From assembly GCA_046582655.1 (NCBI GenBank), contig JAYGDX010000024.1, forward strand, positions 1-34,541: a stretch of DNA of 34,541 nt, in the 5' to 3' direction. Below the pieces are notes generated by a model. The model worked only from the letters and a program-made list of their open reading frames with translations. It did no database searches and was not told the origin of the DNA. The position numbers were made by a program, and so were the translations under genes. The first letter of the stretch is position 1; every line of letters begins with the position of its first letter. Of this stretch, positions 8,965 to 17,210 are shown one piece after another. This DNA comes from Candidatus Poribacteria bacterium. GTDB taxonomy: Bacteria; Poribacteria; WGA-4E; UBA9662.

Positions 8965-9874
8965 ATAACCTGAAAGTTCCAAGACAATACTGTGTAAGCG
9001 AGTGAAATAAACACAGTCAATCAAACATACCAACGCGCGTGATAAATTTTCAGGATCATGGCAATATAGATCATGTTTCCGGAATGTCGACTTTTGCGTT
9101 CAGACCCAGGCTTAGGCATCGAGAACATGCAAACCGAGCAAAGACTCGCTCCAAAATTCACTGTTTAGGCAACACCTGAAAGTCTGTACCTTTCGGCTGA
9201 ACGGCTATTTTCAATTGACATTAAACTTGGTTACGCAACCAAGTTTCTAAATCAACATCGTAGCCGCTGTCAGCCCAAAACCGTTGAATGGTGTCACACC
9301 AGAAGCCAACCGACTCTAGCAGTTGATTAGCCCACCTGATTATCAGCTACGTTAGCATTCGTCACCCGAACATCAAGTGGAATGCCCATGTTGGCCACTA
9401 AACGCATGTCGCTACCTTTGATCTTTTTTTATCGATGCCATAATTCTCAGCAAGAGCGGTGGTTTTGACCGATTGGCTATCAATCATAGCCACACTGAGT
9501 CGAACTTCTCTGCCAGCGTGGACTCGAGTTAGTTGATATAAAACACGATGAATCAGAAACCACCTTTTCTGCTAGCACCATTTATAGTGGTAGTAACAGT
9601 TTGCTGAGGCGGAAAATCCTTGGGCAGCATCCGTCATTGAAAACCAGCGTAAACCAGATAGCAGATGGCATTGAGAATCAGTCCGTTGATCCCATCAAAC
9701 TAGATGGACTCCTCGCGGGTTATGGAAGATAGGGCTAGAGACATGGCCATTTTTGATCTGTCAAATTAGTGTTATAATCCTTTTATTCTATGTTCGACTT
9801 AGACGTTTTCTTATCCACGAGTGTCACATGGAACTCCTTACTATTTCAATCCCTTCTTTTCCCCAACAGGTTAT
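8965..9874 (-). mobile_element. Decayed IS5-family (IS1031-like group) element; transposase pseudogene not in the ORF track
   Basis: Minus-strand pieces across frames: DYNTNLTDQKW, ILNAICYLVYAGFQ*RMLPKDFPP, SVAMIDSQSVKTT, VTNANVAD, WADSGY, FQVLPKQ*ILERVFA, NMIYIAMIL. Candidate short IR ATAACCTG (8965-8972) / CAGGTTAT (9867-9874); element ends are tentative. Confidence 0.88.
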
Positions 9875-9931
9875 AAGCAGAACCAACGCTCTTGCAAAAT
9901 AAAACACTCCCCGTAGCTAGATTAGTTTCTG

Positions 9932-11350
9932 TCAATCATCAAGATGCAGAATTACCATCTTGAGTTCAGTCATTTCTTCCACGGCGTATTTCGGTCCTTC
10001 TTTACCTATACCGCTACTTTTTAGACCTCCATATGGCATGAGATCCGCACGCCATTGTGTTCCCCAGTTTACCATCAGGTTTCCTGAATCGACTTCCCGT
10101 GCGAATTTCATTGCCCAGTTAATATTCTGAGTGAAAATTGCCGCGCTTAATCCATAATCCGTATCATTAGCAAGTGCAATAGCCTCATCAATATTATCAA
10201 CACTTGTAACACCTACAACAGGACCGAACACTTCGTCAGATGAGATTTTCATCTCCGATTTTACATTGGAAAGAAGAGTAGGTGTATGGATTTGTCCATT
10301 TCTTTCACCACCCGCAATCAATTCCGCACCCTCGTTAACTGCTTCTTCTACCCATTGATTCACACGTATAGCATCATGCTCACGAATCATTGGGCCCATC
10401 TTGGTCGATGCCTCGATTGGATTTCCAGTTGAGATGTCTTCAACTTGTTCCTTGAACGCATCAAGGAAATCACCATGGATTTTCTCATGGGCGAGAATTC
10501 GTTGTGTTGAGATGCACACTTGTCCCGCGTTGGAGTAGCCGGATGCGGCTGCAGCTTTTGCTACCTTTTCTAGATCAGCATCTGGCATAATAATTAGCGG
10601 GGAATTCGATCCCAATTCCATCGTCACTCGTTTCAGTCCCGCAGTGTGACAGATATGTTCGCCGACTTCATGGCTACCGGTAAAAGTAATTTTACGCACG
10701 AGTTTGTCAGAACAGAGGGCGTCACCGATTTCACTGCCTGCCCCGGTTATGCACTGAATGGCTTCAGGCGGAGTACCTGCTTCTAAGAAAAGTTCCACAA
10801 GTTTTAATGCCGATAAAGGGGTATCCGTGGCCGGTTTAAGTATGATAGCATTTCCGGATGCCAGTGCAGGCCCAACCTTGTGACAAACAAGGTGCAAAGG
10901 AAAGTTAAATGGACTTATACCGACAACAATACCACAAGGTATGCGTATGGTAAAACCAAATTTACCCTTGACGCCAGGTCCGCCTTCAAGCGGAACAACT
11001 TCACCAGATAGACGCTTGGCTTCTTCTGCTGAAAGAGCAATAATCTCGGTAGCACGACTCGCTTCCATCGTTGCCTCTGCTAAAATCTTTCCTTCCTCTA
11101 AGGTAATGGTTTGTGCTAGTTCTTCCACCCGTTCAGTCATTATTTCAGAGACTTTGTGAATGATTTCGTATCGTTCATAGCCAGTCATCTTGGCCATAAT
11201 CTCCGCACCGCGTTCAGCAGTTTTCAATGCGATCTCAACATCTTGTTGGCTCGCTCTTGGAATAGTATCAATGACAGAACCGCTGAAAGGATTTAAGACT
11301 TCTATCTTTTCGGACCTATCGACCCATTGACCGCCAATATGCATTTTCAT
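9932..11350 (-). CDS. NAD(P)-dependent aldehyde dehydrogenase (lactaldehyde dehydrogenase/y4uC-like)
   Basis: ISPFNFP, LKPA, ITFTGS, catalytic MELGSNSP and GQVCIS, EVFGPV, PYGGLKSSGIGKEG. GGAGG RBS before ATG 11350; the ORF track starts at 11419. Confidence 0.95.
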   Translation of the reverse strand: MKMHIGGQWVDRSEKIEVLNPFSGSVIDTIPRASQQDVEIALKTAERGAEIMAKMTGYERYEIIHKVSEIMTERVEELAQTITLEEGKILAEATMEASRATEIIALSAEEAKRLSGEVVPLEGGPGVKGKFGFTIRIPCGIVVGISPFNFPLHLVCHKVGPALASGNAIILKPATDTPLSALKLVELFLEAGTPPEAIQCITGAGSEIGDALCSDKLVRKITFTGSHEVGEHICHTAGLKRVTMELGSNSPLIIMPDADLEKVAKAAAASGYSNAGQVCISTQRILAHEKIHGDFLDAFKEQVEDISTGNPIEASTKMGPMIREHDAIRVNQWVEEAVNEGAELIAGGERNGQIHTPTLLSNVKSEMKISSDEVFGPVVGVTSVDNIDEAIALANDTDYGLSAAIFTQNINWAMKFAREVDSGNLMVNWGTQWRADLMPYGGLKSSGIGKEGPKYAVEEMTELKMVILHLDD

Positions 11351-11724
11351 TGGTATAGACCTCCGTATCTGTTTAAAAATAATTAATTCGATTTTACATA
11401 AGTCTGATTTTAAATGCAATACTGAGTTCTTATCACAAGACCCATTTTATGTCTCATTACCAAGCAGACACTTCCTAATCAATCATTTAGCGTTTTTTTA
11501 CAATATTCCCTACGAATTGTGATATAATTTTTAAGTGCCCACTTCAGAATGGTTGTAGAGATAACAAGCAGGTAGCCCCAATTCCGAATCTGCTTTATAG
11601 ATTGATTTCAAGTCAAAAAAAATAGCTGAAGTAAACCTCTGTCAACCCATTACTGAAATTACTGAATTTTGGCAAAAACGAACTTAGTGAATTAATCTCA
11701 AGACATTAGGTGAGGTAGCCGATC

Positions 11725-11847
11725 ATGAAGTTAACACGAAAACACATAATAATTGGTATTGTAATTGCAGTTGTTATTTTAGGCATAATGGGATGGTATA
11801 TTGCTTTCTATGATGTATATGATCCTGATGCTGGTCGAACGTGGTAA
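11725..11847 (+). CDS. 40-aa single-pass membrane microprotein
   Basis: MKLTRKHIIIGIVIAVVILGIMGWYIAFYDVYDPDAGRTW*, with a GGTGAGGT SD-like sequence before the ATG. Basic N-terminus, hydrophobic helix, acidic tail. Confidence 0.65.
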   Translation: MKLTRKHIIIGIVIAVVILGIMGWYIAFYDVYDPDAGRTW

Positions 11848-11974
11848 CAGCAGCAGCATAAATTTCGTATGCCGCTAGCATTATTGAAAAACTGATTCAA
11901 CCTACTTTCACGGTTATCACGAATGCGTACTGTATAAATGTCATTTTTTTAGATCAGATATTGCTCTGGCCGGA

Positions 11975-12124
11975 TCAGCATCTGATTGAGACCTCCAAAT
12001 GTGGCGCGACTCTTGGACGTGCGCACAATTCGACTGCGTGGTATTCAGCCTTTTCGATACCGGCCAAGGCTTCATCCAAGTCAAAGTCTCCATATAAAAC
12101 AGTACTACAGCCAAGTTGCTTCAC
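11975..12124 (-). pseudogene. N-terminal fragment of a sugar phosphate isomerase/epimerase (xylose isomerase-like TIM barrel)
   Basis: GAGGA RBS, then GTG start: MKQLGCSTVLYGDFDLDEALAGIEKAEYHAVELCARPRVAPHL. Ends after 49 aa. Confidence 0.65.
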
Positions 12125-12354
12125 CCTTTGTTCCTCAGTTTGATTAGAAAGCTAACGTCATTTCCATTTACAATTCTAAAAGAGATGCACGACGAAAGCT
12201 CAATTCTTTCTTTGCCCTCCTAGTTCTTCAATCCACTGGTCTTCGATGTTGAAAAAACCTTTAATCTGCCATATCAGAACCACGACCAAGAGGTAATCCC
12301 GATAAGTTTCGGCTTATTTTATTCATATTCGTAATGAATTGATCTATCCTAGGA

Positions 12355-13767
12355 CTAGTCGAACGTGCGTTGCGGAGCATAAGTTCTCATTGAACGGGCA
12401 GATGATTTTTGTCTGTATTGTCCGAAGGTCGCTGGTAAAGAACCCGTCAATTTCTCGACACGGGAGATTGCTTTTTGTATAATTTGCGAATCCTGGACTG
12501 ATATATTCGTTGTTTCCTCGGAATCTGATTCCAAATCATACACCCGTACTTTTCTGTCATCTCCTGTAACACACAGGTGTACACTATAGTCTCGATCGCG
12601 AACGCAAACATTAGGCCCCCAACCGGTAACGACATGATCACGATCAAGTCGGACCGACTGGTTGATAGCATTACTCCATACATTGCTTCCATCCAGCAAC
12701 TCGTGTTCAACGTCCAATAACCCCAATACTGTCGGCACAAAATCGTGATTCTGCGTCCATATCGGCGAATGTTTTCCATGTGGTCCATTGGGATGACGGA
12801 TAAACCAATTCAGTTGGGTATTGTAGGGATAGAGACGATCCGCGCTCTTACTAAATCGATCTTTATCCCAAACTTCTGTACCATGATCAGTAATAAAAGC
12901 GATGATCGTATCGTCTTTCAATCCAAGTAGATCAATTGTCTGAAGGAGATGGCCGATCCATCGGTCGACGTATGTAACAAACCCGAAATAAAGTGCTTTC
13001 GTTCGTTCAATTTCCGCTTCCGATGGGTTTCGTCCGTTTAGTACCTGTGGATAAATATAATCCTTGACCGTCGGATCAACGAAATAATGATTCGCATAGT
13101 GACGAGGAACATCCCAGACCTCGTGCGGACTGAAACTGTCAACCCAAAGAAAGAAGGGTGCGTTGTGTCGATTATCCTCCAACCAATTGCTGGCTGTTTG
13201 GAACACTTGGGCTGTCAGATAGTCTTCTTCATTTTGCTGATCTTGTACATTCAGTAAAAATTGAGCAAGGGTAGGGTACTTGGTAATATCCGCTTCACCT
13301 TCAGGTACGTAAGGAGTTAGATCTATTTTTGAAATAGGGCCAGATCGATATGCGTCATTTTCCTGTCCACGCACGAATCGCCATGATAGGAACCCACGTG
13401 TAAAGTTCATAGTGGGCTTGAACATGTGATAAGTGTCTGCAACCAATCCGGTACAGTAGCCTGAATCGTGTAATCGCTCGGCAAGTGTTACGTGCTCATG
13501 TGGGATAGGATGCCAACCCATCCCTGCAGGTTGAAGTCCTTCATTAGGTGTTTCAAAACGCCATGGAAATGACCGGATACCTGTAAACAAACAACGGCGA
13601 ACGGGAATAGTTGGTTCTCCTTCACCGAAGCATTGATCAAAGACAACACTTTCTCGGACAAGAGTGTCAAGGTGAGGAGTTTTTACAAAAGATAATTTTT
13701 TGTTTTGCCCGATGATATCTGCCCGAAACGTGTCCACGCAAATAACTACCAGGTTCATCTTCTCCAT
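12355..13767 (-). CDS. Sulfatase-like hydrolase (alkaline phosphatase superfamily) with a TxPxR signature
   Basis: VICVDTFRAD, KTPHLD, PTIPVRRCLFTG, SPHEVWD, ITDHG, YDLESD. AGGAG RBS. Confidence 0.9.
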   Translation of the reverse strand: MEKMNLVVICVDTFRADIIGQNKKLSFVKTPHLDTLVRESVVFDQCFGEGEPTIPVRRCLFTGIRSFPWRFETPNEGLQPAGMGWHPIPHEHVTLAERLHDSGYCTGLVADTYHMFKPTMNFTRGFLSWRFVRGQENDAYRSGPISKIDLTPYVPEGEADITKYPTLAQFLLNVQDQQNEEDYLTAQVFQTASNWLEDNRHNAPFFLWVDSFSPHEVWDVPRHYANHYFVDPTVKDYIYPQVLNGRNPSEAEIERTKALYFGFVTYVDRWIGHLLQTIDLLGLKDDTIIAFITDHGTEVWDKDRFSKSADRLYPYNTQLNWFIRHPNGPHGKHSPIWTQNHDFVPTVLGLLDVEHELLDGSNVWSNAINQSVRLDRDHVVTGWGPNVCVRDRDYSVHLCVTGDDRKVRVYDLESDSEETTNISVQDSQIIQKAISRVEKLTGSLPATFGQYRQKSSARSMRTYAPQRTFD

Positions 13768-13803
13768 AAAACAGATTCTCCTTTAACTTAACTATGGCAC
13801 CAA

Positions 13804-14820
13804 CTAACCCCGCCATAATCTGCCTGGCTCAACATCCCCATTTTGCACTGCTGTAATGGTCGCCACACCGACGAGATCTTCTACTGACGCACCGCGCGAC
13901 ATGTCATTCATCGGTTTACGAAAACCCTGAAGCAGTGGTCCATAGGCTCGCGCATTAGCCAAACATTGGACAAGCTTGTAGGCAATGTTGCCGGCATCCA
14001 AGTCAGGGAAGATCAGCACATTGGCATCACCTGCCACAGGACTATCCTCCAGTTTTCTAGTAGCTACGGCTTTCACCAAAGCTGCATCTCCTTGGAGTTC
14101 ACCATCAATCATTAAATCAGGCATATGGCGACGAACGGCTTGTGTGGCTTTGACGATCTTATCCACATCTGCATGTGAGGCACTTCCCTTGGTAGAGAAG
14201 GACAGCATCGCTACTTTGGGTTCGATGCCGAGGAGGGTTCGGGCTGTTGTTGCAGCTGAAACGGTAATTTGCGCCAGTTCTTCCGCTGTTGGCTGGATAG
14301 CAACAGCACAGTCCGAGAACAACAAAACTTTGTTCTCCTCACCCGAAGAATCAGGAATTACCATGATGAAGCAACTGGACGCCATAGAGATTCCTTTGGC
14401 AAATCCGATCGTCAAGCCTGCGGCTTCAATGACACGTGCTGTGGCATTTGCCACACCGGCGACACAACCATCCGCGTCGCCCTGTGCAACCATCATACCA
14501 GCAAATATGAGTGGACGACGTAACAGACGCAACGCAACCTTCTTCGGCACGCTAATCCTACTGGCACTGTAAGCATTAGCGTAATCGTTGAGACAGGGAG
14601 CAGTTTTGTGGCAAACGGTGTCAATTCCATCCAGCGATATGCCGAAAACGGTAGCTTGCCGGTCGAGTTCACTCGCCTCCCCGATAAGTATCGGTTGGGC
14701 AATTTCATCATCCAGAAGTCGCCTAGCAGCTCTTTGAACTCGTTCATCATCACCCTCAGGAAACACGATACGCTTATTCCCTTTACGTGCCCGATTGACG
14801 AATTGTTGAATGAAGCTCAT
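13804..14820 (-). CDS. pta: Phosphate acetyltransferase (short form)
   Basis: RIVFPEG, FSDCAV, VAMLSFSTKGSA, DGELQGDAA, ANVLIFPDLDAGNIAYKL, GPLLQG..KPMNDMSRG. Confidence 0.95.
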   Translation of the reverse strand: MSFIQQFVNRARKGNKRIVFPEGDDERVQRAARRLLDDEIAQPILIGEASELDRQATVFGISLDGIDTVCHKTAPCLNDYANAYSASRISVPKKVALRLLRRPLIFAGMMVAQGDADGCVAGVANATARVIEAAGLTIGFAKGISMASSCFIMVIPDSSGEENKVLLFSDCAVAIQPTAEELAQITVSAATTARTLLGIEPKVAMLSFSTKGSASHADVDKIVKATQAVRRHMPDLMIDGELQGDAALVKAVATRKLEDSPVAGDANVLIFPDLDAGNIAYKLVQCLANARAYGPLLQGFRKPMNDMSRGASVEDLVGVATITAVQNGDVEPGRLWRG

Positions 14821-14936
14821 GATTTAAGATCTTTATTACGAGATTACTCCACCAGCTCAGTCATATTATCACAGTATTAGTAAATTATGTGTTAAGATTC
14901 ACCACACTGAATAATCTGTCAAAAAATTGAGGAAAG

Positions 14937-16574
14937 ATGCAATCACCACACAACATTAAATTTTCGGGGTTTCGGCCATCCATAATGGGTAGAAACGGAA
15001 TGGTAACTTCAGGACATCCACTTGCTTCGCAAGCTGGAATCCAAACAATGATGGCCGGCGGCAATGCTATTGATGCTGCAATCTCAACGGCAGCCGCATT
15101 GGGCGTAGTCGAACCACACAGTTCTGGTGTTGGAGGAGATGGATTTATCCTGACCTACTGGGCGGAAACGGGAATGATAACCGGTGTTAACGCCACCGGC
15201 CCAGCACCTTATGCCGCCAATCGAGACCTCTATCTTCAGCAAGGGGGAATTCCGATGAAAGGCATTCTCAGCGTCTCGATTCCTGGATTGGTTGACGGTT
15301 GGCTGCAGGCGCATCAACGTTACGGTGTCCTCAAACTCGACCAAGTTTTCGATCCTGCAATTTCATTGTGTGAGAATGGTTTTCCAGTCAGTCATCACTT
15401 TGCTAATTCGCTGAAAGGTGAGAATACACGCTTTGCGGAAGATCCATACACACGGTCGACTTTTACTGATAACGGTCAACCACTTAAGGCTGGAGATATT
15501 CTCCACCAGAAAGGTCTCGGTACCACTTTAAGAGAAATTGCCACCAAGGGGCGTGAAACGTTCTACGAAGGTGAGATTGCTCAGACTATGGTTCAGTTCA
15601 GTCAAGATTACGGTGGCCTATTGACGAGAGAGGACCTGTCAGACTATCAAGCCAGTTGGGTTGATCCTATCTACACTACCTATCGAGGTTACGATGTTTA
15701 TGAAATGCCACCTAACTCCAGTGGTCATATTTTGTTGCAGGAGCTGAATATTGTTGAGCATTTTGACCTCCAGTCAATGGGTTGTAACACGGCTGAGAGT
15801 GTCCACTTGATGGTTGAAGCCAAGAGACTCTCATTCGCTGATCGAGAGAAGTACGTAGCGGATCCTGATTGGGTCGATATTCCGTTACGAGGCATGTTGT
15901 CTAAAGCCTATGCTGCTAAACAGGCTAAGCGCATTAACCTCGATCAGATACTGACTGAGGTAGTAGCAGGAACACCGGAACAATCCGAAGACACGACCTG
16001 TTTCTGCGTCGCCGATCGATGGGGCAATGCAGTTTGCGTTTTGCAAAGCATCCAATCAGGGTTCGGCTCCAGCTTGATAGCTGGGAACACAGGTATTCTG
16101 CTGAATAACCGTATGACCTATTGGCACCTTGAACCCGATCACCCAAACTGCTTAATGCCAGGTAAGCGGGTTCGTCATACAATGAACCCTGTAATCGTAT
16201 TGAAAGATAGTCAGCCATTTCTAATCTGCGGCACACCAGGAGCAGACACACAAGTGCAAACGAACCTTCAATTGGTGACACATATCATCGATTTTGGGAT
16301 GACACCTCAAGAAGCAGTAGAAACACCTCGCTGGCGCAGTCTGCAAAATCCAATGGAATCGACAGTACCACACACATGTTCCGACGTCCTCCAACTGGAA
16401 GGACGATTCAACGATCAAACCCATGAAAAGCTAATTGAAAAAGGGCACGCACTCCAAATTCTGGGAGATTGGGGTGGCCCTGGAAACGCACAAGCAATTA
16501 TGATCAATTCTGACCCCTACGTACTGGTTGGAGGTTCTGACCCGCGACGAGACGGTTACGCCATTGGGTGGTAA
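14937..16574 (+). CDS. Gamma-glutamyltransferase family Ntn hydrolase (cytoplasmic, YwrD/HpxW-like)
   Basis: GGNAIDAA, EPHSSGVGGDGF, PPNSSG, autocatalytic Thr in EDTTCF, GILLNNR, PGKR..HT, GTPGAD, DPRRDG. No signal peptide. Confidence 0.93.
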   Translation: MQSPHNIKFSGFRPSIMGRNGMVTSGHPLASQAGIQTMMAGGNAIDAAISTAAALGVVEPHSSGVGGDGFILTYWAETGMITGVNATGPAPYAANRDLYLQQGGIPMKGILSVSIPGLVDGWLQAHQRYGVLKLDQVFDPAISLCENGFPVSHHFANSLKGENTRFAEDPYTRSTFTDNGQPLKAGDILHQKGLGTTLREIATKGRETFYEGEIAQTMVQFSQDYGGLLTREDLSDYQASWVDPIYTTYRGYDVYEMPPNSSGHILLQELNIVEHFDLQSMGCNTAESVHLMVEAKRLSFADREKYVADPDWVDIPLRGMLSKAYAAKQAKRINLDQILTEVVAGTPEQSEDTTCFCVADRWGNAVCVLQSIQSGFGSSLIAGNTGILLNNRMTYWHLEPDHPNCLMPGKRVRHTMNPVIVLKDSQPFLICGTPGADTQVQTNLQLVTHIIDFGMTPQEAVETPRWRSLQNPMESTVPHTCSDVLQLEGRFNDQTHEKLIEKGHALQILGDWGGPGNAQAIMINSDPYVLVGGSDPRRDGYAIGW

Positions 16575-16611
16575 CAGATGACATCAATCATTACCAAAAC
16601 TAAGGCTCAAG

Positions 16612-16884
16612 AGATCTACTTGGATGTGCTGGTAACCTAGTCGTGCGAACACCAACATTAGACCGGCTGGCTAAACAAGGGATTCGATTTGAGAATCATC
16701 ACTGTGCCCGCTGTGTATGCCGTCTCGGATGACCTTCCTGACGAGCCGCTATAGTTCGGACATCAGCGTCTGTAAAAGTGGTTGGCGATTGGATCAACAA
16801 TCCTAATTTGTTCATTATCTGACCAATGGGGATTACGAAACCATTCTATGTAACCGGATACAATTTACCAGACCAGATCAGCAC
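16612..16884 (+). pseudogene. Relic of a choline-sulfatase-like sulfatase N-terminus
   Basis: RDLLGCAGNLVVRTPTLDRLAKQGIRFENHHC, then a frameshift, then PLCMPSRMTFLTSRY (CxPxR at 16714-16728) ... GDYETILCNRIQFTRPDQH with an internal stop. Confidence 0.82.
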
Positions 16885-17160
16885 AAATCTAGAGTGTTGC
16901 TTTCAGAGCAGAGGAGATCGATAAGGAAATAAAGGTTGCGCGTGCCTTTGAGACTTCTGGAAATTTCACGACCGTATGGATGCATATTAAGTCTACACAC
17001 TAGACGTCCCATACTAAGTCCAATTTGAAATTTGAGCCCAACTCATGTTATCTTAAGCCAAGAGAAAGATTCTGTTGAGCAAGTCATTGATGTTCTTCGT
17101 TGTACTCGGAATGGCATGAGTGCCAAATAATTAAATTGAGTTGGTATTGACCATGAATCC

Positions 17161-17198
17161 AATCGCCTCATCTTTTGGCAAGATGAGGCGATTTTTTT
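17161..17198 (+). terminator. Rho-independent terminator-like hairpin
   Basis: Perfect 14-bp stem AATCGCCTCATCTT / AAGATGAGGCGATT with a 5-nt loop, followed by a T run. Confidence 0.85.
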
Positions 17199-17210
17199 AC
17201 TCACGAACAT

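Noticed and set aside
13985..14572. Long antisense ORFs (this one, 3294..3719, 33130..33762 and similar)
   Set aside because: Shadow frames of well-supported genes, with no recognisable motifs.
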